Of a DNA stretch of 64,000 nucleotides, positions 14,025-43,376 are shown piece by piece. Position numbers and translations under genes: made by a program. The notes under the pieces were generated by a model. It did not search any database. It worked only from the letters and a program-made list of their open reading frames with translations, and had not been told where the DNA came from. Every line of letters starts with the position of its first letter. The first letter of the stretch is position 1. The DNA is from Macrostomum lignano (Eukaryota), in assembly GCA_002269645.1 (NCBI GenBank), contig NIVC01001398.1, forward strand, positions 147,132 to 211,131. The letters are read 5' to 3'.

Positions 14025-14800
14025 GTCAGGTGAGGACACTGGATCTGGTGAGGTCACGGGGTCAGGTGAGGACACTGGATCTGGTGAGGTCACGGGGTCA
14101 GGTGAGGACACTGGATCTGGTGAGGTCACGGGGTCAGGTGAGGACACTGGATCTGGTGAGGTCACGGGGTCAGGTGAGGACACTGGATCTGGTGAGGTCA
14201 CGGGGTCAGGTGAGGACACTGGATCTGGTGAGGTCACGGGGTCAGGTGAGGACACTGGATCTGGTGAGGTCACGGGGTCAGGTGAGGACACTGGATCTGG
14301 TGAGGTCACAAGGTAAGGTGAGGACACTGGATCTGGTGAGGTCACGGGGTCAGGTGAGGACACTGGATCTTGTGGGGTCAGGTGAGGACACTGGATCTTG
14401 TGGGGTCACGGGGTCAGGTGAGGACACTGGATCTGGTGAGGTCACAAGGTAAGGTGCGGACACTGGATCTGGTGAGGTCACGGGGTCAGGTGAGGACACT
14501 GGATCTTGTGGGGTCAGGTGAGGACACTGGATCTTGTGGGGTCACGGGGTCAGGTGAGGACACTGGATCTGGTGAGGTCACGGGGTCAGGTGAGGACACT
14601 GGATCTGGTGAGGTCACAAGGTAAGGTGAGGACACTGGATCCGGTAAGTTCACAGGGTCAGGTGAGGACACTGGATCTGGTGAGGTCACGGGGTCAGGTG
14701 AGGACACTGGATCTGTTGAGGTCACGGGGTCAAATAAGGACACTGGATCTGTTGAGGTCACGGGGTCAAATAAGGACACTGGATCTGATGAGGTCACATG
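14025..14800. repeat. 36-bp (2x18) minisatellite (GAGGACACTGGATCTGGTGAGGTCACGGGGTCAGGT)
   Basis: 36-nt period; its reverse complement is homologous to the 22-bp and 17-bp arrays. Confidence 0.96.
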
Positions 14801-15619
14801 ACATGATCCAAGTGCATTAATTAGTCAGTAATTTGTCCAACTACCTCTGCAATGTGTGTCCTGGCTCAAGCGGCAGTATTCTGCCCATTTCACTCTAATC
14901 ATGGCGAGAGAAGAGTCATGAAACCAGACAGTTTCAGTATTTATCCGACAGTTGCTATCGCCCAACTTTTTCATGCTATTGTTATAGTTGGATTCCCAGG
15001 TCAGACACGCGTGGATCAAAGCTAAAGTTTTAAGCGATTGCACGTATTTGCTCAGGTTTTCCATTAGGAACACTAAGGAGATTGCGGACAAATTCTGAAG
15101 TCGCTCCAGATCCTGTTTTTGCATTTGGTATTGTAGAGTTAGTGGAGAAGCTTTAGCAAGCTTGGCAGTTGTTTGCAGCTCACATTGGCCTCGCTTCACT
15201 ACCCTCTGGGATGCCTATTGGAACTCACTCGTGCCACATTCACTTCTGACTGGGAGCTGCAGCTGGGATCGGGGGGGGGGGGCTTCCGTTACTGACACGC
15301 TTATTATCAGTCTCGGAGGCAAGATATTGCAAGGGATGCAAGCCCCGCTGCTGAGGCCAAGGCGAAGCGATATTTAAGCCGGCCTTCTGTCACTCATTTT
15401 TCTGTTATTATTTTCTTAGAAAGTTTCCGTTGCCTCGGTATTGATTGGCCGAACTGAGTTGCTGTTGGTTGCTAACGGAAAGCGGCAGAGCAATAATTCT
15501 GCTGCCGCGAACCCCCTTTTATCCATGCCTCTCGTTCATTTACTGTTGGCTTGGAAACATCGCTGCGGTTGGTTCAGTCTACGATCGCTGCGAAACCGAT
15601 GGGTAGTGAAGATAAATTC

Positions 15620-16290
15620 TGTCTTAGTGTCTGCCTGCCTGTCTTAGTGTCTGCCTGCCTGTCTTAGTGTCTGCCTGCCTGTCTGCCTGTCTGCCTGCCT
15701 GTCTGCCTGCCTGTCTGCCTGCCTGTCTGCCAGCCTGTCCGCCTGCCTGTCTGCCAGCCTGTCTGCCTGCCTGTCTGCCAGCCTGTCTGCCTGCCTGTCT
15801 GCCAGCCTGTCTGCCTGCCTGTCTGCCAGCCTGTCTGCCTGCCTGTCTGCCTACCTGTCTTAGTGTCTGTCTGCCTGTCTGTCTGCCTGCCTGTCTGCCT
15901 GCCTGTCTGCCTGCCTGTCTGCCTGCCTGTCTGCCTGCCTGCCTGTCTTAGTGTCTGCCAGCCTGTCTGCCAGCCTGTCTTAGTGTCTGTCTGCCTGCCT
16001 GTCTGCCTGCCTGTCTGCCTGCCTGTCTGCCTGTCTTAGTGTCTGCCAGCCTGTCTGCCTGCCTGCCTGTCTTAGTGTCTGCCAGCCTGTCTGCCAGCCT
16101 GTCTTAGTGTCTGTCTGCCTGCCTGCCTGCCTGTCTGCCTGCCTGCCTGTCTGCCTGCCTGTCTGCCTGCCTGTCTGCCTGCCTGTCTGCCTGCCTGTCT
16201 GCCTGCCTGTCTGCCTGCCTGTCTTAGGTTCTGCCAGCCTGTCTGCCAGCCTGTCTTAGTGTCTGTCTGCCAGCCTGTCTTAGTGTCTGT

Positions 16291-16327
<37 letters not shown>

Positions 16328-16397
16328 TGCCTGCCTGTCTGCCAGCCTGTCTTAGTGTCTGTCTGCCTGCCTGTCTGTTTGTCTGCCTGTCTGTCTA

Positions 16398-16456
<59 letters not shown>

Positions 16457-16609
16457 TAGTGTCTGCCAGCCTGTCTACCAGCCTGTCTTAGTGTCTGTCT
16501 GCCTGCCTGCCTGCCTGTCTGCCTGTCTGTCTGCCTGCCTGCCTGCCTGTCTGCCTGCCTGTCTGCCTGCCTGTCTGCCAGCCTGTCTTACTGTCTGTCT
16601 GCCTGCCTA

Positions 16610-16692
<83 letters not shown>

Positions 16693-16715
16693 GCCAGCCT
16701 GTCTGTCTGTCTTTC
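15620..16715. repeat. (CTGC/CTGT)n compound microsatellite with GTCTTAGT interruptions
   Basis: Directly visible. Confidence 0.95.
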
Positions 16716-17199
16716 TGTCTGTCTATTTCTGTCGGTCCCAGAACCAACCAAATATTCAATCTTTCTGTTCCTCACTCTGCCATCCTCTTTCCCGTTCATC
16801 ACTCTCTAACTTCCTTCCTCAAAGGAGTCTTCAGGCAACAAGTCATCGGAAAAATACGAGCTAGGTTGTACTTCTCCGTCCTGAATACAAAAATTATAAT
16901 TTACAGTTGGAGCAGTTAAAAGTCAATTACAAAAAAAGCCACCCAATAAAAGTTGCTTTCTGACCACCTGCCCGCGCTGGCTTTGATTAACCTTTGCGAC
17001 TGGGAGAAATTGGGGGGGGGGGGAATTCAGTCTGAGCGGCTCAGCAGGCAGCCGCACACGGGGATCACGGCAGTGTTGCGTCTGCAGCGCACATTTCACT
17101 TTTGGGCCGCAAATAGTGCGACATGTGACTTGTAGAGAGACCACAGGGACAGACCGAGACAGATATTTTTTATTCTCTTTCATTATCTTTATCAGTCTG

Positions 17200-18506
17200 C
17201 CGTTTTCCCTTCTGTCTCTCTCTCTCTATCTCTCTCTCCCTCTCTCCCTCTTCCTCTCTTCACTCTATCTCTTGAACTCTCTGACGAAGCGCCCAGAGGC
17301 TTGAAGTAGCCAATAATTTTAGAACTCAATACGCCGTGACCTCTCACTCTCTCACACACACTCTCTCTCTCTCTCTCACTCTCACACACTCTCTCTCTCT
17401 TCACTCTTTCTCTCACTCTCTCACACACACTCTCTCTTCACTCTCTCTCTCACTCTCTCACACACTCTCTCTCTTCACTCTCTCTCTCTTTCTCACTCTC
17501 TCACACACACACACACACTCTCTCTCTATCTCTCTCTCTCACTCTCTCACACACACACACACTCTCTCTCTCTCTCTCTCACTCTCTCACACACTCTCTA
17601 TTCATTCTCTCTCTCTCTTTCTCACTCTCTCACTCTCTCACACACACACACTCTCTTCTTTCTCTCTCTCTCTCACTCTCTCACACATACTCTCTCTCTC
17701 ACTCTCACACACACTCTCTCTCTTCACTCTCTCTCTCTTTCTCACTCTCTCACACACACACACTCTCTTTTCTCTCTCCCTCTCTCTTCTTTCTCTCTCT
17801 CTCTCACTCTCACACACACTTTCTCTCTTCTCTCTCTCTCTCACTCTCTCACACACACACTCTCTCTCTCTTCACTCTCTCTCTCTCTCACTCTCACACA
17901 CACTCTCTCTCTTCACTCTCTCTCTCTTTCTCACTCTCTCACTCTCTCACACGCACAAACTCTCTTCTCTCTCTCCTCTCTCTTCTTTCTCTCTCTCTCT
18001 CACTCTCTCACACACACTCTCTCTCTCTTCACTCTCTCTCTCTCACTCTCACACACACACTCTCTCTTCACTCTCTCTCTTTCTCACTCTCTCACTCTCT
18101 CACACGCACACACTCTCTTCTCTCTCTCCTCTCTCTTCTTTCTCTCTCTCTCTCACTCTCTCACACACACTCTCTCTCTCACTCTCACACACACTCTCTC
18201 TCTTCACTCTCTCTCTCTCTCTCTTTCTCACTCTCTCACTCTCTCACACACACTCTCTCTCTCACTCTCACACACACTCTCTCTCTTCACTCTCTCTCTC
18301 TCTCTTTCTCACTCTCTCACTCTCTCACACACACACACACTCTCTTCTCTCTCTCCTCTCTCTTCTTTCTCTCTCTCTCTCTCACTCTCTCACACACACT
18401 CTCTCTCTCACTCTCACACACACTCTCTCTCTTCACTCTCTCTCTCTTTCTCACTCTCTCACTCTCTCACACACACACACACTCTCTTCTCTCTCTCCCT
18501 CTCTCT

Positions 18507-18556
<50 letters not shown>

Positions 18557-18771
18557 TCTCTCTCTTTCTTTCTCTTTCTCTCTCTCTCTCTGTCTCTCTC
18601 TCTCTCTTTCTCTTTCTCTCTCTTTTTTTCTCTTTCTCTCTCTCTCTTTCTCTTTCTCTCTCTCTCTTTCTCTTTCTCTCTCTTTCTTTCTTTCTCTCTC
18701 TCTCCCTCTCTCTCTCCCTCTCTATCCCTCGCATTCTGCCCTGACGAAGAATATGCAATATTGGAGGTGCC

Positions 18772-18831
<60 letters not shown>

Positions 18832-18850
18832 TCTCTTTCTCTCTCTCTTA
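17200..18850. repeat. (CT)n/(CA)n compound microsatellite
   Basis: Directly visible; source of the spurious 605-aa ORF. Confidence 0.95.
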
Positions 18851-19224
18851 TTCACTCTCATAAACCGCACTCTCACTCTCCCTCTCCCGCAATCTGAAAT
18901 ATATTCTTACTTTGAGCGTAAAGCCACAGCCTTAAAAATTACCTTCCCCCATAGATATGCAGCAATTGTATGCGGATTTGTTAAACAAATTTTCGCACAG
19001 AAAGTTTATCGTCTTGTATTGCAAAAATGCTTTGGCTACCTGGCGATGGCTATGGAGCAGTTTTGGGACTCTTTATCAGCTGCATTGCAAATACTCTCCG
19101 TGGAGGGAATTCTGTTATTTGTATTAGACAAGAATTGTCAGGCTGTTCTTTAACTGGAAGGAGCGCTGTGCTTAGTTTAGTGGTACAGCTAGTGTTGCAC
19201 TTGTGTATACGGAATTCATCATGG

Positions 19225-19510
19225 TAGGGGGTAGAGGGGTAGGGGAGAGGAATTAGAGGGGTAGGGAAGAAGTTAGAGGGGTAGGGGAGAGGTTAGAGGG
19301 GGTAGGGACGAGGTTAGAGGGGTAGGGAGAGGTTAGAGGGGTAGGGACGAGGTTAGAGGGGTAGGGGAGAGGTTAGAGGGGTAGGGACGAGGTTAGAGGG
19401 GTAGGGGAGAGGTTAGAGGGGTAGGGGAGAGGTTAGAGGGGGTAGGGACGAGGTTAGAGGGGTAGGGGAGAGGTTAGAGGGATAGGGGAGAGGTTAGAGG
19501 GGTAGGGAAG
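19225..19510. repeat. G-rich ~20-bp minisatellite (GAGGTTAGAGGGGTAGGGGA)
   Basis: About 13 tandem copies. Confidence 0.92.
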
Positions 19511-21779
19511 CGATTCGAGGGGTGTTTAAGTAAAGATCAGAATGGAAAAGGAGGCTAAAGGGGGCTTTGCAGCTGGGGTGGAGAGAATTGAACTTGCAAG
19601 TGCTCAACTCCAGCTTCCATCATCAGCTCAACCAGAGAGACTATCGAATCAGTGGGAGCAAATCAGCAGTTGCATGTTCAACTGTCTCCTGGGATCTGTT
19701 GGGGGGATTTGAATACGAAATGGCCGCTCCGCGCGGATGCAGCAGGATGACGCGTGCAGGTGCGCTCGCGAACCGTAGAGAAGGTGATTAGGCATGTATT
19801 GGATTTCTCCGGGGCCAAGGGGAGCGGCGGCACGGGATTAATAACGCACGGAGTGTGCTGTCGCTATCCGGGATTAGCGGGGAATTCGGCCTCGGGAAAT
19901 GCTTTGACTGGATGAGACGGTCCTGTCAGTCAGGGGGATTTTGATTGAGTATCGATATGGCGCGAGGCTCTGTGTTCGTCTTTTGTTTCGGTAATTTGGT
20001 TACTAACCCGGGGCGTTTGCTCCCAGGGCGTGCACTTGGCGCGTCAAATGCATTGGCGAGGTGGAAAGTCACTGCTGATGGCAACAAGGATGTGCCTAAG
20101 AAGTGCAATACAGCAGCGAAACGAAAGTGCAAAGCATTTCATGTAAAAAACAATTCGAACCGGAAATTGATTGATTGATTTCACCTGACTGCGTCTCAAC
20201 TTCGGGAAATTGGTTGCGCAATGTCTGGTTAGAAGAGCAATTATTAATGCTATGAGAGTTCGCAGGAGGCCTGCGGACATCGTCCCGCCGCCAATACTGT
20301 ACTCAGGCGCACACTCATACGTACACAAGCTCACATGGGGTGTACAGCGCCACTTTGACTTGTCAATTGTCGGGAATATTTTACGCTTTTACCGCTGAGC
20401 TGCTCCGCACCGCATGAATGTATGAGCTGCTAGCCAAGCAATCCATAGCCGCTACTCTCACTGATGGGCCTCTGCGGTACTCGTACAGCCGTACTTTTTG
20501 AACTTCAAGGCAAGCACGTCTCCGTCGCTTGGAGACAAAAAATGGGGGTTTGGGTGATGCATGAATATTTAGCTATTCTGACTGATCACGCGCCTTACCT
20601 ACGGTAAGACCTTCCTCTATAAGCATCTGCGAGTATATTGGATCTTACATCAGAATCACTTTATATTCTGGATTTTCGGTAAATTTCAACAATTTTTTGA
20701 TTCAATTTTTTGCGATGTTTATTTTCGCGGAATTCTTCATTTTTTAAACAAAAAAACTTGGTCCGTCCCTATCGCGCCAGCACCAGCCGGGCAGCCTCGG
20801 CATCAGCTGATTGATTGCGCAGCGCATCGAGGCTCTTGAGCGATGAAAAATTAATGAGACTATTGGGCAAAGAGGCTGGCTGTGTGTGCGAAGTGCACGC
20901 CGCCCGATACGGACTGCGGGTCACCCTGTCGGCCTTGTGTTGACTCTGGCTGTGAAGCTGAACAGAGTAGGGAATCTGGAGTCGAATTTTCGTCATCAGT
21001 TTTTGTCTGCCCCTCTTTCTGCTTGTCATTCCACCCCGCCCCATCCCGCCCACGGGCCAGAGTCTCCCAGCATTTCATGAAGCTCTAGACCAACGCTTGG
21101 CGTCTGGCTTTGCCGAGAATTTGCTGGCAATAACCAACAGGCAGTGTGCCTGTAATTGGGTATTAAGCCTCTGTCGACATTTTTCGCTGGCGGAGATAAG
21201 GCAGAGGGGGGTAAAGGAGGGGGGGAGTGGGGAAGGCCAAGGAGAGCCCGAACCAGAGTGTGGAGTGGCTGTCTGCAGTGTTGCAGACTGGCAACTGTCA
21301 GGCCCCATGTTTAATAAATTCAAGCGATTGCCCAATGAGCTGCTGAATGCTTCGAGATTGGCGAGAATCTTCTGGATGCTGAACAATAGGCAAAGTACAT
21401 TGTGTTCTTAAAATTGTTATTTTTATATATTTTCATAAAAAAGCGTGGGACGAGAAGAAATGCAAAAAAGACAGAAAAACACATTTGTTCTGCTCTAATT
21501 GAGCATTTTTAGCAGCCCCTATTGTGTCTTAACAATCCGCCACTTGGCCAAGAGTTTCCACTCCGGGGTCCTAGTAAAAGCTGTCCTTGTCCCTGTCAGG
21601 CCAGCGAATGGCGGGCGGGGTGTGCCCTGATCCTGGCAGCCAGGGGCGCCATTGGCAATGGGACAGTTGGAGGGGATCAAATCCTGACGAAAGGGAGGGG
21701 CCTTAATTCCCTCACCCTCCCTCCCAGCCCTGATCGCGATTGGCAGTACAAAAGTGTTGAAAAGTCGCTGTTGCTGCTG

Positions 21780-21897
21780 CTGCTACTAGAAGAGATAAGC
21801 GAGAGAAAGACACAGAGAGAGAGCCAGCAACACAGCAATAGCAGCGCCGTCGCAAAGTCTCTGCCAGCCCGATCGGCCCGGCCAGAACCCAGGAAAA
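21780..21897 (+). other. Possible non-coding 5' exon of the P2X gene (5' edge undefined)
   Basis: Strong donor GTGAGT at 21898, and a pyrimidine-rich acceptor (CTTCTTCTTTTAG) ending at 24340, 34 nt before the P2X ATG. Inference only. Confidence 0.3.
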
Positions 21898-22664
21898 GTG
21901 AGTGCCTCAAAGATGGAGATTTTCTAAGTTTAGCACAACTTTAGAGACAGCCAGGCTTTCATTCAAACTGTAGATGCAGATGACGCGGTATTGTTTATGG
22001 TTTAAATATAGAATGGCCTTCAATTTCAATGTGGCTACATTTAGATATTTAAATGAATTGCTGACTACCTGTTAAAATTAAAGCACCTTATACATTTCTA
22101 TGCGACATCAGCTAAAAACATTTCCTGTCATTTGTACTTGGCCGTCCCTGCTCACGCCACTTAACTTATTATTGGCTTCTCAACTAAGCAACAATGCCAC
22201 GCTGCCCCCCTGGGAACACTGGGAGCCTTTGGGAGCAGCTGGCTCGCAGTGCTGCCCCCCCCCCCCTGCTGCTCCCGTTTCTTTTGAAAGCAAGCCACAC
22301 GCCCAAAAATAGCTTGAATTTCGCTCTGCCCCTGCAGTGCGAATCTAATTTTAATAGCGATTTCTGTTAGTCCCAGGGCCGGGGGATCAATTGGTTTCAG
22401 GGGGCTGGCGGGCCACTTTCTTGTCATTGCCGGGCCGGGCGTGTCCACTCCCTCGCAGACCCGAATGACTTCTGCCGGCAGTTGCGCCGTATGAAACTAG
22501 AAAAAAACTTAGCGGAGGAAAAGTTCAATGCCCACTTGAAACAATTTCTCAATTCTAAGCAGTGGGCGACTTCATTGGTGCACTGACTTGTACACCTGCG
22601 CAGATGTACTATTGATCTTCCCTCTTCTTGGCTAGATTAGCAATCCATTCTATTGCTTCAGCTA

Positions 22665-24045
22665 TGGCAGATTAGCAATCATGTCAGATTAGCAATGTTG
22701 TTAGATTAGCAATCATGTCAGATTAGCAATGTTGTCAGATTAGCAATGATGTCAGATTAGCAATCATGTCAGATTAGCAATCATGTCAGATTAGCAATCA
22801 TGTCAGATTAGCAATCATGTCAGATTAGCAATCATGTCAGATTAGCAATCATGTCAGATTAGCAATCATGTCAGATTAGCAATCATGTCAGATTAGCAAT
22901 CATGTCAGATTAGCAATCATGTCAGTTCAGCAATCATGTCAGATTAGCAATCATGTCAGATTAGCAATCATGTCAGATTAGCAATGTTGTTAGATTAGCA
23001 ATCATGTCAGATTAGCAATCATGTCAGATTAGCAATCATGTCAGATTAGCAATCATGTCAGATTAGCAATCATGTCAGATTATCAATCATGTCAGATTAG
23101 CAATCATGTCAGATTAGCAATCATGTCAGATTAGCAATGATGTTAGATTAGCAATCAAGTCAGATTAGCAATCATGTCAGATTAGCAATGATGTCAGATT
23201 AGCAATGTTGTTAGATTAGCAATCATGTCACATTAGCAATCATGTCAGATTAGCAATCATGTCAGATTAGCAATGATGTTAGATTAGCAATCATGTCAGA
23301 TTAGCAATCATGTCAGATTAGCAATCATGTCAGATTAGCAATCATGTCAGATTAGCAATGATGTCAGTTCAGCAATCATGTCAGATTAGCAATCATGTCA
23401 GATTAGCAATCATGTCAGATTAGCAATCATGTAAGATTAGCAATCATGTCAGATTAGCAATGATGTCAGATTAGCAATCATGTCAGATTAGCAATCATGT
23501 CAGATTAGCAATCATGTCAGATTAGCAATCATGTCAGATTAGCAATCATTTCAGATTAGCAATCATGTCAGATTAGCAATGATGTTAGATTAGCAATCAT
23601 GTCAGATTAGCAATCATGTCAGATTAGCAATCATGTCAGATTAGCAATCATGTCAGATTAGCAATCATGTCAGATTAGCAATCATGTCAGATTAGCAATC
23701 ATGTCAGATTAGCAATCATGTCAGATTAGCAATCATGTCAGATTAGCAATCATGTCAGATTAGCAATGATGTCAGATTAGCAATCATGTCAGATTAGCAA
23801 TCATGTCAGATTAGCAATCATGTCAGATTAGCAATCATGTCAGATTAGCAATCATGTCAGATTAGCAATCATGTCAGATTAGCAATCATGTCAGATTAGC
23901 AATCATGTCAGATTAGCAATCATGTCAGATTAGCAATGATGTTAGATTAGCAATCATGTCAGATTAGCAATCATGTCAGATTAGCAATCATGTCAGATTA
24001 GCAATCATGTCAGATTAGCAATCATGTCAGATCAGAAATCATGTC
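22665..24045. repeat. 17-bp minisatellite (GTCAGATTAGCAATCAT), ~80 copies
   Basis: 17-nt period, highly homogeneous. Confidence 0.97.
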
Positions 24046-24374
24046 CTCAGAATTAATAAATTTCGGCAAGTTCTCCGCAATTCATCTTATCATACAACGT
24101 ACGTTGGACTCACGCGGACATGTAAAGCGATCCCTTTTTATCAGTTGAGCAGCGGCTGACACGGAGGTTGAGGGCCGCTAATTACGACTCCAGGCGCGGG
24201 TCTCCTGGGTCCTCTTTAGAGTTCTGAGGTCGGGCGAGTGGCTCTTATCGCTAGAGCAGATCAGCGGTTCTTTAATCCAAGCCTGAAATTCATTGAATGG
24301 CGGCAATTTGTGTTCCACCTCCTGCTGCTTCTTCTTTTAGAAGAGTAGACTGACTCATCTGGCCAGCCGTGAGG

Positions 24375-38567
<14,193 letters not shown>

Positions 38568-38744
38568 ATTCCAGCTGCAGTGTGAAGCAGCAATGCGCCT
38601 TCATTGCTTTTGTAGATTTCCCATTTTACGCTACAGAAACACTCGTACCTGCTCCCATGGTCTCAAACCAGTTGTTACGTTTAGGGCATTGCTTTGCTGC
38701 ATCCTTGTCCTCAGATGACCTCGGCTGGTTAACTAAGTACTTAA

Positions 38745-39065
38745 TGACCAGTATTCTGACTGCTCACGGACCCCCATTTTGACTGTTCAATGACCCCCAA
38801 CATTCTGACTGCTCACTGACCCCCCACACATTCTGACTGCTTACTGACCCCCCCCCACATTCTGACTGCTTACTGACCCCCCCCACATTCTGACTGCTTA
38901 CTGACCCCCCACACATTCTGACTGCTTACTGACCCCCCCCCACATTCTGACTGCTCACTGACCCCCCACATTCTGACTGCTCACTGACCCCCCCACATTC
39001 TGACTGCTCACTGACCCCCACACATTCTGACTGCTCACTGACCCCCACACATTCTGACTGCTCAC
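38745..39065. repeat. ~27-bp minisatellite (ACATTCTGACTGCTCACTGACCCCCC) downstream of the P2X stop
   Basis: About 11 copies with a variable C-run. Confidence 0.9.
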
Positions 39066-39587
39066 ACACCCTCATTGTGTAGCTAGCAAAAATTTATAAA
39101 CCAATGTTTCGTTCTGTCAAGTATCATTTTTACTCCTAGCTTTAGCATAGACCAGAGCACTGTGTGCTACAGCTTGCATCTCAACATCTTTAATTGTCAT
39201 GCTTAATGCCTCCAGAACTACTGACAATGCCTACATTATACGTCGAAAGTGTGCATGAAATTCGAATTTTAAAGTTTTCATTTGCCTAATACGAGCGAAC
39301 AGAATTGCTGGTATATTCGAAGCGGGGGAACCGGAACCTCGTGACATTTTTCATGTAATTTAGTTGATCTCTAACGAGAATTGAAACCACCTTTAAAATT
39401 AAAAAATTCTCTATGCTATAAATTTGAGTCATTGTTTGGCATCACGTGTTCAATATCCTACTTCTCATTTCACTCAATATTATGCAGTGTCCTTTAAAAT
39501 AGGAAATTAAATAACTTTCTTGCACTGACGTCATGAAAGATTACAGAAACAAAATTTAAAGCCGCCTCAGCTTCTACATGTATGTGG

Positions 39588-40761
<1,174 letters not shown>

Positions 40762-41574
40762 TCACTAACAGCTCCTCCTTTCAATGGGTAACCTCTAATC
40801 TTCTAAAAGCATTTCAGCTGCTGTGGGTCAGCAACACTTCTAGCCTGACTGACAGCCTGTCCCATGTCCCAGTTCACTATACGTATTTATTTTTTATGGT
40901 CTTTGCTAATCCCGACCCTGTCTCGTCTTCATGCCGCCTTCTTCCTTCCTGTCAACTGCATACCAAGTGGGGCAGTTTTTCTCCCAGTATCATAGCTCGT
41001 AGATCCCGAAAGGTTTTAAGTAAAGCCTCTAGGTGAAGTTTCCAGCTCTAAAACTCCTCGTGCACTTTTTTGAAGAATCTTTTGATGTCTCGCTAGGATC
41101 CCATTGGTCGGGCTGGGGCTGCCCAGTCCAAAATTCTTATAAAAGCTCCCCGCGGGAGGGGTCATGCAAAGCTCTCGAATTTCCTTTCTTCGGCACCAAC
41201 CGATCCGACTTCCGTTTCGAATCCGCGAGAAACAAGTCTCAGATCAGAGTGCCGGTGGCCAGAAGAAAAAAAAGCAGAAGAAGAAGTCCTGCCATTCAGC
41301 TTGGACGGGACTGATATTCTGCAGAGGATAAATCTGTAAGACCACTGCATTCTCGTATATTGTTGAATGCGGAACTCTTTACTAGAAGCTACATGTCACA
41401 CTGATTACTCCAATAACAGAAATCAGACAGATCAGATCAAATAGATCTACCGGTATTCATTGCCTTTGCTGCTTCCAAAATGGCGAGGTATAAGTGGCTC
41501 TGTAGTGATGACAAATGCTTAACAGAAGACATGGCCGCTGCACACTAGGAGATACGGCAAGGGAGAGGATATGA

Positions 41575-42725
41575 GAGAGGAGAGGAGAGAGGAGAGAAGA
41601 GAGGAGAGAGGAGAATGAGAGGAGAGAGGAGAGAGGAGAGGAGAGAGGAGAGAGGAGAGGAGAGGAGAGGAGAGAGGAGAGAGAGAGGAGAGGAGAGGAG
41701 AGGAGAGAGGAGAGGAGAGGAGAGAGGAGAGGAGAGGAGAGAGGAGAGGAGAGGAGAGGAGAGAGGAGAGAGGAGAGGAGAGGAGAGGAGAGGAGAGAGG
41801 AGAGGAGAGGAGAGAGGAGAGGAGACAAGAGGAGAGGAGAGGAGAGGAAAGGAGAGGAGAGGAGAGGAGACAAGAGGAGAGGAGAGGAGAGGAGAGGAGA
41901 GGAGAGGAGAGGAGAGGAGAGGAGAGAAGAGAGGAGGAGGAGAGGAGGGGAGGAGAGGAGAGAGGAGAGGAGAGAGGAGAGGAGAGGAGAGAGGAGAGAG
42001 GAGAGGAAAGGAGAGGAGAGGAGAGGAGACAAGAGGAGAGGAGAGGAGAGGAGAGGAGAGGAGAGAAGAGAGGAGGAGGAGAGGAGGGGAGGAGAGGAGA
42101 GAGGAGAGGAGAGGGGAGAGGAGAGAGGAGAGGAGAGAGGAGAGAGGAGAGGAGAGGAGAGGAGAGAGGAGAGAGGAGAGGAGAGGAGAGGAGAGGAGAG
42201 AGGAGAGGAGAGGAGAGAGGAGAGGAGAGGAGAGAGGAGACGAGAGGAGAGGAGACAAGAGGAGAGGAGAGGAGAGGAAAGGAGAGGAGAGGAGAGGAGA
42301 CAAGAGGAGAGGAGAGGAGAGGAGAGGAGAGGAGAGGAGAGGAGAGGAGAGAAGAGAGGAGGAGGAGAGGAGGGGAGAGAGGAGAGAGGAGAGGAGAGAG
42401 GAGAGGAGAGGAGAGGAGACAAGAGGAGAGGAGAGGAGAGGAGAGGAGAGGAGAGGAGAGGAGAGGAGAGAAGAGAGGAGGAGGAGAGGAGGGGAGGAGA
42501 GGAGAGAGGAGAGGAGAGAGGAGAGAGAGGAGAGAGGAGAGAGGAGAGGAAAGGAGAGGAGAGGAGAGGAGACAAGAGGAGAGGAGAGGAGAGGAGAGGA
42601 GAGGAGAGGAGAGAAGAGAGGAGGAGGAGAGGAGGGGAGGAGAGGAGAGAGGAGAGGAGAGGAGAGAGGAGAGAGGAGAGGAGAGAGGAGAGGAGAGGAG
42701 AGAGGAGAGAGGAGAGGAGAGGAGA
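41575..42725. repeat. (GAGAG)n polypurine satellite
   Basis: Directly visible. Confidence 0.97.
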
Positions 42726-43376
42726 GCAAAGCGACAAAGAATTCGAAAGCGATAAAACAGAAGCAGAAAACTGTGACTAAGGGCTGACACAGAGGAAAAC
42801 TGGGGCAGCCATCCATCCTCATGTTTGCTTTATAATTCGAACTCACGGGAGCGGACAGCGCTCTCTTGCAGTTTCTCTCTCCCTGGCAGCGAGCGGGGAG
42901 ATGAAGCTGAGAAATCTCCCAGCTAGTTTTAGGTGAATAAAATATTTTATAGCTGACGGTCTTGCAAAATTCTCTGCACCGATGCTTTCAGCTTCCAGTG
43001 ACTTTGCCTGACGTGTGAAGATTAGCATTCTATATGTAAAATTAAGCTGCCCATCCTTGGATAAAGTATATTTTGATGAGTCTGCAGATCCCCTATAGCT
43101 GGATAGATCTGCAAATTGTAAACAATCTAGATGAAATTGTAGATCTATAGTAGCCTATAGACATTTAAAATCTATAAACAATCTATTATAAATGAATCTA
43201 TAAATCTAAAGTTGCCTATAGACATTTGAAATCTGTAAACAATATAGATGAACCTGTAGATCTACAGTAGCCTATAGACATTTGACATCTATAAACAATC
43301 TAGGTGAATCTATAGATGACCAACATACCAAACTTTCATTTTCCCCAGCCAGGCACCCAGACCCCGGAACCAGGTC

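Noticed and set aside
17336-19153. 605-aa ORF
   Set aside because: Translation of (CT)n/(CA)n microsatellite; no coding features.
19225-19510. Interstitial telomere
   Set aside because: Unit is not TTAGGG; only superficial similarity.
19550-22650. Several short ORFs in the repeat-free region upstream of P2X
   Set aside because: No recognisable domains, codon bias or consistent splice structure; more likely regulatory or UTR sequence.
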